Shown here in pieces: positions 11,753 through 24,700 of a stretch of DNA of 64,000 nucleotides. This stretch comes from Ionaspis alba (Eukaryota). The DNA lies in contig CAXUUL010000018.1 in NCBI GenBank assembly GCA_964255285.1, forward strand, positions 1 through 64,000, written 5' to 3'. The notes under the pieces were generated by a model, which saw nothing but the letters and a program-made list of their open reading frames with translations, had not been told where the DNA came from and made no database searches. The position numbers and the translations under genes were made by a program. The number at the start of each line of letters is the position of its first letter. Position 1 is the first letter of the stretch.

Positions 11753-14220
11753 CTAAAGCATCATACTCCTCCTCCTCCCCGCCGCCCTCTCCGCCCGTCC
11801 TAAAGAAGCATCACTCCTCTCCCTGTCTCCCTTCATATCCGCGCTCCCACTTCTCATATGCCCACCTACCGTCTTCTCACCCGCCGCCGCAACGGAAAGC
11901 GTGTCCCGCCTCCTCCCACTCTTAATCCTCTCTCCATGCTCCCCTGCTCTGCCAGCTTCATTGCCCAACGAGTGAGGAACACTGGAAACCCTTCTCGCCG
12001 CTCTACCGGCTTTTGGGTCCTGCGGAGCGGGAGCTGCGTCCGCTGGAGAGGAGCCGTCGAAGGCAAAGACGTCCTTTTCTGGTTTTGTGTCAACTACTTG
12101 ACCGCGGCTGCTGGCTTTGCGTTGTGTGCTGGTGGAGGCTAGAGCTGCGATGGTCGTGCTTGTTGCGGAAGTGGACGGCGCGAGGTCGGAATGGAGATCG
12201 GTGGATGAGGAAGAGGAGGAAGGGGGTAGGGTGGAGACGCGGCGTCGACGATCGGTCATGATGCTTGAGGGGAGGTTGGAGATGTTGTCGACCTCCTTGT
12301 CTTTCTCCCTCTCTTTCTCTTGGCCGTCTTGGACGCCTGAGCTCCGCCGATCGTTCGCATTGGGCAGGTTCTTCCATCGTGCTTCCCATCCCTCCTGCTC
12401 CTCCTCCTCTTCTTCCTTTTCTTTCTTGATTCTGACTTCTCCTACCTCCAAGCCTTTGGCACCCTCGCTCACGGCTCGTACGCTTTCTATCGTCACGCTC
12501 CCCGCCCTCGATACCCGCTCGTCTGCGCTTACTGCATCCACCAATTCCTTCCCCGGTCGACGCATCTTATCCCTCAGGTTCGGCTCCGCATAGCTTACGC
12601 TTCCTCGTTGCCGGCGTGATGGCCTTGCTGCTCCAGTATCTAACGGTGGGGGAGGGGGCGTGTCTCGCGGAATTGAGACGGGAGGTGTAGGAGATGGATC
12701 TTGGGGAATGGAAGTAGTGATGGGTTTGGGCTCTGGAGCAGGACGGATGATTTTGGTAGCGGGAGTCTCGGTTGCTGGACGAGAACGATCGCGATTGCGA
12801 TCGCGTGGTTTGGCTAAATCGTCTTTCTTGAGGCTGGCCAGGGCGGCGTTAAGCGTTGGTTTTTGAGGCGAGACTACTGGGTCTGTGTTGACGGTTTCTG
12901 GGAAAGTAGCTGTTAGCCGATTGTATTGAACGATAGGGATAAGTGGACGAAAGAGCAGACATACTCTCTCCTAATGCTTTGCGCGTTGCTGTGATGGCAG
13001 CCACTGCATCACGAGGCTTCTCTCTGTGCGCAACCTTTGCTACAGCTGAGGCTGCTGAGCCATCACTGTTGTCCTCGAGAACGGAATTGCTGTGTGAAGA
13101 GTTTGTCTTGTGGTTGGTGACTAGCTTTACTGGTTCCACTGAGGTTTCAGTGCGCCGATTGAAATGGAAACCATCTTTGTCTGTTGGTGCTGGAATAGTA
13201 ACACCGTCGTCCTCGTCCCTCGCACTGAGCTTTCGCTTTGCACCTGATTTTAGGGGCTGAGCCGACATGGATGGAGCAGATACGGAGGTATCATGCAAGC
13301 TTCCCGAGGTTTCTGGCAGGCTTGTCCGTGGCTGCTCCCGGCTGATGGAACTCTCTCGGCGTTTTCGCCGAGTTTCAAGGTTTGGAAAGAGAGCTTCTGT
13401 TGGTACGTCCTCGGATATACCTTCTGTGGAAGTCCTTCGCTGATTGTCATGCTTGACTGGATCGCCTTCATCGAAGTGGGCGACTGGAGGAGGGCCGAGA
13501 TCAGGAGAGTCTGCAACATTGTTCGGGTCAAACATTCCCAACAGTTCTTCCGCACTAGACTACCGTAAGTATTGGTACCGTCCCAAACATGATTGTCTAC
13601 ATACTCTAGTGTCTTCCGAGGAAAGTATTTGTCTTCTACAATGGGAGGAAGCCTCCCATCTTGACCGCCCGTCACTTCCGATAGCGTAAGAGCATTCTTC
13701 CAATTCCTCTGATCTGGTGATCGCTTAGGAGATCTCCGCTCAGCACGTTTCCGAGTCGGTGATCTGTTTTGCGCGGCGCTTCCGTGTGTTCTTCCCAATT
13801 CACCAACAAGTGTTGACAATTCGGCGAGCTTGATCTCGAGTTTGTCCTTGACGTTCCCAATGCCTTCCAACGTAGATCGCTGAGGGCGACTGTCCACCTC
13901 CTGCTGTAGCTTGATATTTCGTTCCCTTAGTGTAATATTCTCGGACAGCAGGCGGGAAGTTTCGGCTTCGAGGTTCCTTATACGAAGAGATTGTGTGGAG
14001 TTTGCACTATTGCCTGTAAGTAGAGTCGCCAAAATTGATGTGGTATTGAACCAGTGGTATAGCAACTCACCGAGCAATCTCCCTGTTTTGCCGGATAAAT
14101 CGCCTTTTTACTGGAGTAGGATGCTGTATCAGTACCAGATCTGCATAAGTCGTTGAAAACAGTAGACTCACAAGCATCAATAGATTCGACTGGGACGACT
14201 GGCTCGTTCAGTCTCGCCAT
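11753..14220 (-). CDS. sgo1: Shugoshin (centromeric cohesion protector), 5 exons
   Basis: Spliced N-terminus MARLNEP..DA/LKRRFIRQNREIAR/ANSTQSLRIRNLE forms the coiled coil. C-terminal SGO motif RPSRRQRGSVSYAEPNLRDKMRRP at ~12555-12625. GT-AG introns join the ORFs. Confidence 0.95.
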
Positions 14221-14574
14221 GAGCTGTCTCCGCAGACTATGGGCTCTGCACAGCGATAGTCCTTTGTTGTCAAACTTGAATAGTAAAGGAGCCGCAGCTC
14301 AGACCACAATGTTCACGCTGTCTAACTCTCCAGTCCTAGGGAAGGATAAATATTCTGGGGTCTGGAAAGTAAACAAGACGGATAATACCTAATCCAGACC
14401 GGTCAATCGCTTAAGGATAGCGCTGGTGTAAACGCCTCAACCGCGTCTGGATAACCAACAACACCACAACTTGTACTTATTGCTCTCTATCTGTCTTCCC
14501 CTTAAGATCATCGTTCCGGCTGTACATGTCTGAACACAAGTCGCCAGCAGCACTCTCTCATCTACTTCTTCAAG
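14221..14574. promoter_or_regulatory. Bidirectional sgo1/dad2 promoter with forkhead site
   Basis: 354-bp head-to-head gap. GTAAACAA at 14369, GTAAACG at 14428, MCB-like CCGCGT at 14441. Confidence 0.6.
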
Positions 14575-15111
14575 ATGGCATTCCAGAATCGTACATTGGC
14601 GTCCAACCTCCGCCATCCTTCGATTGGAGGACCATCAAACTCTTCGGGCCAATCACCAGCTTTGGTCGCTCGTATCAATGAAAAGAAAGCCGAGCTCGAA
14701 GACCTTAAACAGCTTCGGGACTTGAGTGGCGGCCTGGCTACCCAGATGGAGGTCTTGGAGCAGAAGTTATCCACGTTGTCTGACGGTACCGAAGGTATAG
14801 AAGGAGCAAAGCAGCAACAACTTTGGTAAATAGTGCTGACTTGGAACTTGCATAGCCGTAGCTGCGGTTTTATCGAACTGGCATAACGTGCTTAGAGCTA
14901 TAAACATGGCATCGAGTAAGGATTTTGTTTCCAATATTGTGCCACTGCTAATCATGTCGTGTCAGTGAAATTGCCCAAGCCAAGAAGTAATGGAACTGAC
15001 GGGGAAGCCTCGAAAAGCGCAGAATTGGACGTTTTGCTCCCGCAGACACTGGTTCGTATACCGGTAGAGCAAGAGACCCATGACCCTCGGAATGGTATTA
15101 ATCAATCATGA
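14575..15111 (+). CDS. dad2: DASH/Dam1 complex subunit Dad2, 3 exons
   Basis: LVARINEKKAELEDLKQLRDLS...LSTLSDGTEA/VAAVLSNWHNVLRAINMAS/...LPQTLVRIP; stop TGA 15109-15111. Confidence 0.95.
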
Positions 15112-15388
15112 AGTTGCTTGGTCATATAGTAGGTCGCCTTCGCGGTCAAGTACTCTTATGCAGCAATTGATGCGAACTTTCCAGTATCATTCCCAGAACC
15201 CTTCGCGATTCGCTTAACGTTGTTGCTTAGCGGGTAGTCAATACCCTCGTAAACACAGGAATACTCAATACCTACTACCCCTTCTTGGCTACACCTCTCG
15301 CTGTTCTCCATACTGTCTCTCGTGAAGCTTGCCACGTCTCTTGCGATTCTTGATCATTCTCCCACCTTTCAAGAAAACATAGTCGACC

Positions 15389-16110
15389 ATGTCGCATCAA
15401 TTCAACTATCCCAACGTCGAAGAGCAGGAGCTCCGTGTCATCCAGAATGCTGTCGAGCACACTGTCGATCCGTGGCCCAAGCTTGATATCGATTTTCCGC
15501 TCGATCCTAGGCTACAGTACAGTCCTACGAACGCCTCCTGTTTTGACTTGCCGCGTACGTGTACTTGATGAAAACTCTACGGCTGTCACTAACACAATTG
15601 ACAGCCGAGAACTACATCACTGCCTATAGTTTCGAAAACTGGATGCCTGGTGAAGCACACGCAAGTGCTCCGAACCACGAACATCAACACCCTCTCGACA
15701 ACAGTCAAACAACCTCCGGCGGTGTTGGCGGTACCGGTATGTCCGATCTAGGTACTCCTAATCCGATCCCAAGCAGCGTTATGTCCTCAGCCATCGGTAC
15801 CAACGCGATCACTCCTGAGCTCAGCACGTCGGTCTCAAGCGGCATGACACGTCCAGTCACTAGCACTGGCACTCTCGGTGACCATGGCGAAGAAAAATTT
15901 CCCTTCGTATGCGGTTTGTGTCACGATTGTTACACGCGCCGTTATACCGTCAAGAGGCACTTCCCGGAATGCGTCAAGAAACATGGTAATGATGGAAACC
16001 TCGCTTGGGACTCCCACCCGTCCTGTAAGCAAGGCCGTGCTTACAAGCCGAGAGGTTCAAATAGGTGGAATCGACGTGGTGAGTCGGGCCAAAGCGTCCA
16101 CGGAGTCTAA
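15389..16110 (+). CDS. Small protein with atypical C2H2-like zinc finger, 2 exons
   Basis: ATG 15389; intron 15555-15604 (GTACGT..CTAAC..CAG) joins in frame to ORF 15559..16110. Motif FVCGLCHDCYTRRYTVKRHFPECVKKHGN...WDSHPSC. Confidence 0.75.
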
Positions 16111-17017
16111 TCAATTTCTTTCGAATGCTGACTGTGAGACAGGTCGGGACTCCACTTAGCACGGTGCAGATACTACTTCAGCGGACTTCTAAGGATAGGG
16201 CAGCTACTTCAAAGCTATCATTGAGAGGTTGGCGGAACTATTTTTGAGAGTCTCTGTTGATGTCTGTATGAAGTGGCCGACGGAAGTGTCAAGCAAGGCG
16301 TCATGGATTTGATGATCAACGTGTTTTCCAAAAGTTGTGAGAAAACTTGTCTTCTGCACTCTCGAGTCATAGAGTCCTTGTGGCAGTGTTTCCTGTCTGA
16401 TGACAGGTTAAAATGTGTATGGCCCTAAGTGGCAAGGGCATTGGCAATAATATCAATCACTAGATTGTCTGCTAAATGCCGAATGAAATCAGAATTGTCG
16501 AGAACATTGGAACGTTTTACGTAGAGTGATACGTGTGAACCGTGTATGACGATCTATTGTGACTGTGGAACTGATTCTTCGAAGAGACTTTTTGAAGGAA
16601 GATAGCACGACAAGCTTTAAGGCATGGTTCCTCGAGTATTGCTTAATAGAAGTAAAACAGTCTTAGCTCCTCTTTAATATGTGGCTTATGTCAAATCACT
16701 ATTTTGTGCAAAACGATTAGAAACTCTATTTCTGCTATCTAGATGTTCCTACAACAATCCTGTCGATCGTGGGTTTTCACTGGTTCTCCACGGGGATGTT
16801 CCAGTATCACGCATCATGATACAGTTGAGAATCTAACTCGTTGCAGGCACAAATTGGTAACACCGCTCGCTAATATGCTTTGACAATCTCCAATCTCAAT
16901 ACTCTTCACCATTCATCCTCCATGTCCTCACTTCTGTCAGATACCTAGACTCCGCTTCGAACTCTCACTGTAATCTCTTTATCCACCTGTCCAGAACCAC
17001 AGTGTTTCCCCTGTCCA

Positions 17018-19088
17018 TCACGTATTCGTACTATCAACCGCTACCTCGACCTCAGTTCCCACTCCTGTTCCATTCTTAGCTCCCGCAGAAGCACTCGCCT
17101 TCTTGGCCCTCATCTTCTCCGCCCATTCTCGACTAGCAATCCTCCCCCTCTCTGCGGCCTCAACTCTGGCTCGCTTCGCAGCCTCCTCTTTCTCCTTTCT
17201 GTCTTTCAGTCGTGCTTCTTCCTCGACCTTTCCCCGCGCAAAGACTTCTTTACCGGAGGCTTTCGGGAAAGTGCTAGCTCGCTTGCCGGCTGCTCCTGAC
17301 TTGTCTGATGAATTCATGCGAGGTGCTGAAGCATTAGGTTTGGCTTTGGCTTCGCCTTTGGGAGCGGCAGGAGTGGTCACCGCAGCAGCACGAGCGGTCA
17401 CCTTATGTTGAGTCTTGGGCGCAGTATGACCGTCCACGTTTGTAAGAGTGGAGCCTGTGCTCGAGATGCGAGCTAGAGGGCGTATCACTGGTCCCTTCTT
17501 CGGCGCATTGTCACCACTGCCACTGGCAGTCCTTCCCGCAACGCTTAATCGTGACCGACTACTAATCGTTCCTCTCACTTCCACAGCGGGTGCCACACTT
17601 TTGCGCACAGGTCGCGCTTTGAATTGGCGTGCTTGGACTCTTTCGGCTTCCTCACGCGCCAGACGCTCTTCCCGGGCTGCCTTGAGCTTTTGAGCGACAG
17701 CTTCACCGGGAAGGGTGAATGTGGAGCGAGTGGGAGGTTTGCTTGACTTGGCCGGAATGAATGGAGGAGCTAGCAAGGAAGAGACACGTGGCTTTTTGGT
17801 AAGGAGGTTTGCAGTATTGGTCTGGTCACTTGTCGTGGATGGTGGCGTTGATTTCTCTGAGGTAGCGGTTGCGGTAGTAGAACCGGATTCGGCAGCAGTA
17901 GACTTGGTAGTTGTATGACGAGTCACAGAGGCTCGTGTCTTAGAATTTCGTAAATCACCCTTCGGCGTGACAGCCGGGCGTCGACGTGCACCATCCTGTG
18001 GAGTAGTAGCGGCTGGTTTCCGCATTGGCGCAGGCACTTTGGCATTCGATTGGCTTACCGAAACCCTCTTTCGTGGATCTGAGGTAGTCTTGCTTATGGG
18101 AGATGTCTTTGTGACCTTGCCAATGACTGGCTTCCTTGCACTTCCAATCTTGCGTTCCTTGGTTTCTACTGGCATTGACGTAGTTTCGTCTCGTTTGAGC
18201 TGTAAATTAGGGTCTTTTGATGCCTTCACTGGCGATTGAGGTTCATCCGGGAGCTTAGGAAGGGCCTGTCCAATCTGCTCCAGTGCATCTTCCAAGGCAT
18301 CAATAGCTTCTACCGAATCTTCGATACGTAGAGTCAATCTGACAGGTGACCTTGAGACAATATGCTCCGAGAAAGAATCATCCTTGACCGCGCCAGGCGT
18401 GTCACCAGCAGGCTTCTGTTGTGCATCCCCGTCCACAGTCATCTCTTCAGTCATTCTAGCTGGTGTGCGAGACTCGATGGCTCCGACAAAAGAGTCGTGA
18501 CTCTTGCGATCCATGCTGAAACTTGAATCCGAAGATACGTGAATCGCGGGATCAAAGCGGGGTGTGTGCGCTTTAGGTGATAATATTTTGCGTGCAACGT
18601 TCACCGCCTTCGAAGTTGGTGTGATGGGTCGCTGGTCATGCATCGGTACCTGGTTTATTCCTGTGTTCGAGTGTGTTAGCGCCTCCATCCTAGGCACCTG
18701 AATAGCTGGAAGCCCTACCACCAGTGCTTTCCCTCATCAATTCCCTGCACGCCTCTTCAACAGCTGAACTTGTCGAACTCTCATCGTCGTCTTCCAGCAC
18801 TTCCGGCCGGTTCTCCTGCTGAGTTTCGTTCTTCTTACGACCTTGCCTGGTTCCTTTAGCTCCCTTCGTTTTCTTCCCTTGCGCTGTTCTTGTCTTCTTC
18901 ATAGGCTTGCCAGCAGCCACGAGATCTTCTCCTAGTTGGATGACCTCTTGAAAAAGATTACCCGTCACTTCACCAAGAGGCGTGCGCTCTTGGCCCGGTG
19001 TCGTGGGTAGAGGTGTTTCCGCGGCTAAGTTGGCCTCATCCTCGAGGATCATATTGCTTCGGAGAGCGGCACGTGTAACACGAGGCAT
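17018..19088 (-). CDS. Basic, largely disordered protein with TPX2-like C-terminal motifs; putative microtubule-associated protein, 2 exons
   Basis: Intron 18718-18661 joins the two ORFs in frame. Conserved-looking blocks RIEDSVEAIDALEDALEQIG and PFIPAKSSKPPTRSTFTLPGEAVAQKLKAAREERL...FKARPV; C-terminal ARVEAAERGRIASREWAEK. Confidence 0.85.
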
Positions 19089-19231
19089 GGTTAAACCTTA
19101 GTTCAGGTGCTGATGCGTTTTAATCAGAGAAGATCGAAGAAATGCTAGCTTTTGGGCGCAAAGTGCTCTAAAGTGGATTGAAAGAATTGGGTGCTGAATT
19201 GAGCATCAAAATTCTGTAAGAAGCGCGATGG

Positions 19232-19375
19232 TTGTTTACCATTTCTGCATAGCAACGCAAGCGAGTACACGCGGGCGCGTCTTCTGATGACCGTTGTGGC
19301 CCCGGTTTGCCGATTGAGGTCGGGTCTGAATGTACCCTGTAACGCGAGTGGACGTGATTCTGTTTCACAACGCGT
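19232..19375 (-). promoter_or_regulatory. Forkhead plus MCB sites upstream of the TPX2-like gene
   Basis: TTGTTTAC at 19232-19239 (GTAAACAA on the minus strand), ACGCGT at 19370-19375, further ACGCG at ~19269 and ~19343. Confidence 0.55.
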
Positions 19376-19691
19376 GTGAAAGACATCACCCCAATCATAT
19401 ACTCAGATGACCATGGAGACTGAGTAGGTAAAAGGTCGTGTTTTAGGTAATCCTTGACTGCACGTGTGCAACGACCTTTGCGGCAGCATTAAGAGATCGG
19501 TCGGATCAATCATTAGCTGATTGGCTTTCGAATTGATACCACTCTTTGGCGAGGAAGCAACTATCGCGTATTGACGACAGTGACGGGCATCTTGACGATA
19601 TTGACACATTGCGTTTTTGAACATCCCTTGGCCCAGCGTCCATTCCGTTTTGTTCTTGCCCTGCTGTTGATTCCCAACTGTACCGTCAGCG

Positions 19692-20189
19692 ATGCTCATC
19701 TCACATAGTCCTTTTCTAGTGACTCCGAGCAATCTGTACTTTCCCCATCGCATCTTTGCTACCAGTCACTGCACCGGCGCCTACATTTCTATTCTCCTTG
19801 TCATCGATTACATGTAGGTGACCTCCAGTTCTTTAATGGCGCTGTTCAATGACGATCAGGATGTGTGCTTCGCTCCAGTAGCGGAGAACCAACGATATAT
19901 GATCCCTTTTAGCCATTCCTCTCCCACTGATGCTTGCCACTTTGGCATCGTGTTTGACGAGTCTGGAGACCCTATATACGAACCTGCGATGTTCATAGGT
20001 ATAAATCACATCCGCTCCGCTGCCCTGTGGTTGCTCAACGAATGTGTCAAACGCCCAGATAGAGACGGTTTCCGCGGATGGACAAAAGTGATGAATGGTG
20101 AAGTGCGAGTTTTTTTCCGTGGCAGCAGGAGCAGAGGGATACGTCGTTGGCGAGAGCGTCATCGAGTTTGCAAGGAAATACACAAGTAA
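19692..20189 (+). pseudogene. Candidate degenerate small Cys-containing protein
   Basis: ATG 19692 and a single in-frame TAG at 19815-19817, then ORF 19818..20189. It contains HIRSAALWLLNECV...GW, resembling the I..AA..L...CV...GG pattern of small secreted ascomycete proteins. Confidence 0.35.
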
Positions 20190-20596
20190 GCTTGAGCGGT
20201 TGGGTAGGACAGCAGGATGTGGTGACCGCAGCTGGAAGAAGCTGCATTGGATCGTGCATCATCCTGTGATATCTCCTAGGGGAGCCGCTACGCCTGGAAA
20301 ACCTTGACCAGGCGTGAGCCTTCATCTCGCTAGTTGTCGGCGTCGCCGTTGTATCTCTCGAAAAGATCAAAATGCGTGTGTACAAAAGATCTTCTGGGCG
20401 TTGATTACCTCAAATGGCATGTGGCCGCGGCGTAGGCGACATAAGGATAGGCGAACAGCCATATCAGTAACCAAATATGAGCCACTTGTGTATGATCTAC
20501 TACCCCTTATGTAGACATTTATTCAAACATGGAACGTACCAGGATATTAGATGCTAATGGATCGTCAATAGCAGGATACCGCCTCTTGAATATTCC

Positions 20597-21234
20597 TCAT
20601 CTAACACCACCTCTCCTTTCGATTCCGGGCATCTTCTCATAAGCATTTGGGCTCCCCTTCCTCGCCTTGCCCTCGCCTTTCTTGCCTCCGCAGTCATGCC
20701 CACGCCCATGTTCGCGTCTACTCCCTCTCTTCCTTTCCTTTCCCTTCGCCATCCTCGCAGTACCATCATCATTTCCACTATCGCTCTCATCATCCGAGGA
20801 CGACGACGATGAATCGTCTTCAGAGGAGGACTCCCCAACGACGCGGGGTTTGTGGTAAATGCAGCAGACTACCAGTTAACAACTATTAGCACGAATCCAG
20901 AAACATCCTCACGCCTATCTGCACGGATCGATCTGCTCAGGTGGACATGTAAAAGCACACCTTTCGAGCTCTTCCGGCCCAAGCCTTCGTTATCAACCAC
21001 ATCCTCCGCCCACCTTATCCCTTGCCGCGGCACATGCTCTCCTCGCAGTCTCAGTACCCCGATCTCAGGTAGGGGATCGGATGCGGTCACTGTCTGCGTT
21101 GTGCTACCCACTCCGGCACGCGTATTAGGACGCAGCGAGGTATGAAGAGGTCTTGATGTTGTGGGGCGATGTCGTGGAGAGTTCGAGGTCACGGTTTGGT
21201 TGAGGGATGTGGCGGCCGGGGGAAGGGGCATCAT
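20597..21234 (-). CDS. ypi1: Protein phosphatase 1 regulator Ypi1 (inhibitor-3), 2 exons
   Basis: LRLRG...IRWAEDVVDNEGLGRKSSK/VCCIYHKPR..GESSSEDDS...PNAYEKMP. Intron 20960-20869; stop at 20597. Confidence 0.95.
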
Positions 21235-21747
21235 AGGCGCTGACAGTTCTTAAGAGAAGCTTGGATGTTAGACAGTGACCGGATAGTGTAGACCAGTTTC
21301 AAATGTAAATTAGCTAACTCGACCTAGTATTTTCCCGTCGGTCGAAGCGGGAAGACGAATTTCAAGAGTGGGATGACGCTTTGGGAATGGTGGCGGTCGC
21401 CAAGAAAATATTCTTACGAGGCCGAAGAAGGTCCTTCGACAGTGACAACAAAGACGCATGAGAGTAACTTCAGCAGATGTGCCCGAACTTCTCTGGTCTG
21501 CGTACACAACAAATCATACGATACCAGCTTTGAGTCGATATACTAAGCTGAAAGTTATATTTGGTACCTAATACCTTGTACCCTTCCAAAGCATCCAGAT
21601 TGAGGTGAGGCATAATTACGGGCGTTGTCTATAATCTAATCAAACTGCTAAATGGCTACAAACTTCCGCCCAAACCTCTTGCGAAGACACGAAAGTCGAG
21701 CCACAGCTCCCGAGCTCATTAGTAAGTCTTACAAGGGAATTCGAAGT

Positions 21748-24700
21748 TCACATGTCAATCGTCTCATTGAACCGCAAAACCCCGTTGCCTCTCAAAACCC
21801 CATCAATACCTTCTGGCATGCGAAAGGACCGTGCCGCAAAATCCTGTTCTGATAAGGTCGAATCTCCGGAAGTGTTTGTGACGAGAACTAGACCGGCGAC
21901 TTTTATCGATTCAATCAGGGCGGGCACCATTTTCTGGTGGTGAAACTGAGCATAGATCTAGTATTGAGAGTGGGAGAGTATCCACTTACTAGAAGGCGTG
22001 AGGAGCAGATCAAGCCCATGAAGTTGTTACTTTGAGCTATGCGCACGGCATCCTTGACTGATATTGAGCTGTGGCCACTACTCTGTATCAACGGCCTTGC
22101 CGAGCCCAATGAATCAGTGTTGTACCCAAGGTCGTTGCATAGCAGAACGGGGTCTAATCTTCGATCAGTAGAGCGACGTATAGCTGATTTCTTCTTTGCT
22201 CACAATTAGGCTGCTTCCAATTCAAGGCTGTACAGATGTCAGAATTGCACGAGGTGAAAACAATGGATCTCATGAAATCGGGCGCTGTTTCCCGCATCAC
22301 TCGAGCATGTTCAAAAACATCGGCAAGGATAGCATCAGCGAAGTTGTTGATGTTTAGAGCAGGACTGAGACCTAGCATGCGTTCCTCTGCTGCAGAAGGA
22401 TAGAGTATGTGAATATCGACGTGAATGCTTGTGGATAAAGCGGCGAGGACGGATTTGAGTGTCAGGAATGATGATGCAAGAGTACGGTGGATGTCAACAA
22501 TATCCTCAACTGTCTTCCTTGCTATGAGTGGTAAAATATGCTGACTTTGCTGGTCCTGAGAACCCAAGGAGAGGAACTGTTGTAGGCTGAGTCGACCGAT
22601 TGGGAATTCAATTCCGTAGTGGTTAATGCACCAGCGAGGGTAAAGTACTGGGCAGCCGTCGCTCGTCAGTTGTACGAACAGCTGCACATATTCACCCGAT
22701 AAACTCGAGCCTGTTATCAGTGCATTGGGATGGGAGTCGAGCTGACTGGTAGCTTTCCAATATGTTGCGAATTGTGTGATCTCTAGAGGGATGCCATGAA
22801 ATGGCTTGATTACCTGAAAGTTGAAGCTGATCTGGCCAATGGCCCGAAGCCGAGGATCAAACAGTGGCAGACATCCATGACCTGAGCTACTCGTTATGGC
22901 ACTGAAAATGTTGGGAAGAGCAACGCTTTTGGCAATGACTTTCGAGCCAAATGTGGGGAAGATATCAAAGTCGACGGCGAAAGATTCGAGGTTGTCAATC
23001 TGGAATGATATGATCTTGAAGTCCTCCTGGATTGGGAGCATGAGGTTTCTTGGGATTAGGTCGGAGAGCTTGGAGGATATGGTCAACCGTGCAGCAGGAT
23101 ATTTGCTGTCGTGGTAAAACACTATCGCGTCAGATCCTGCTTCTTCGAAGCTGAGCTGGACGAAAGTCTTGGTGTCAAGGAAGTTGTGACCGTATCGACG
23201 GAATGGTATTATCGGTGGAGGCAGAATCAAATTAGGAATGCCGTCCGCATCTGTAGTCATCGCCTCGGGAGCAGTACCAGTCGTAAGCGGTGTAGTATCA
23301 AATTGTGTGGATTTGGATGCCTTAGACAGTCCGTCTCCATTTTCTGCTGGACTGAGCAAACTCATACATTGCAAGTGTCCTTCCCATGTAGCATAATACA
23401 TGGCAGAAAGATCCTTTTCATCAAGAATGTTGACATCCACACCTTTCTCCAACAATACCTGAATGCAGCTTACGCGACCCTCGCTAGCAGCATGAAAGAG
23501 CGGTGTCCATTGGTATAATTTGTCTCGCTGATCCAAGTCGGCTCCATACTGCTCTAGTAGTAAGAGTGTATCCGGTGTCCGACCAGTGCGTGCTACGAGG
23601 TGTTGAGGATACAAGCCTTCTGCATCCGGTAATATTTTTGCTCCATTCTCAAGTAGAAGTTCAGTGATGGCAGCGCAACCATGTTGACATGCCAAATTCA
23701 GAGGCACATGATCAGCATCACTTTCAGGATCAATACGTGCACCATGGGCAAGTAGTTCCTTGACACATTCGAGCTGGTGATGAACGATTCCATGGATCAG
23801 AGGAGTAAAGTTGTCGTGGTCTAAGTTATTGATCGTGAGTGGTCCTCGCTCGAGCAGTTTGCGTACCATAGCAACGTGGCCGTGCATACAAGCGTAGTGT
23901 AGAGGTATTCGTCCATAGACATCTACACGCCCAACATCGATTCCTCCTAGTAGCCCGATCTCCAATATCTGCTCTCGGCCTGATATAGTTGCCTCATGCA
24001 AGCAATTCCTCTCATTGATTTCATCCTCTGCATGGACATCGACTAAGTCCGTTTCGAGCAGAACTTCGAGCGACTCAACGGGAGCTTCCGTGACTGCTGA
24101 AAGAAAAGTCCTTGTAAATCTGCCCCCTGCATCAGGTGATCCTCGTAATCGACTTATCCAATCTCGAAGAACAATGAGATTGCCAGACACAGTCGCCAGC
24201 AGCAGTTGTGTATCGGTGTCATTCTCCTCTGTACCAATAGATTGTCCACTGACAGTGTGATCGGCCGGTCTGCTCGAATCGTAATGAACCTTTTCACCTT
24301 CAGCCCAGGCACCTAGTTCCAGTAGACTTGTCGTAGCTTGATCCGACAGCTCGCTGATCACATCCCGATTGAAACATGGCTGTACTTCAACGGCACGGGA
24401 TAGGTAGAGCTCCTTGGTCCGCGACTGTCACAGGAGTCAGCCGAAGCTGCGAGGCGCATGAGTTCAAGAACTGGACCTTGGAGGTTTTGTCCCACTACAA
24501 GCAATCAGCGCTACTGCCATGCGATTAGACGTACCTTGCGCGCACCTTCTTGAGGATCTTGGAGAAAGCTGTGGCGTTGATTTCAACGAATTGCTTGAAA
24601 TGGTCAGATTGTCGGTGGCACAACTCAACATGAAGTCATCTAACCTGGAGCTTGTTGAGGTCATTGCCAAATTGCTGGAAGCCTTCTTCTAGTGTGATGA

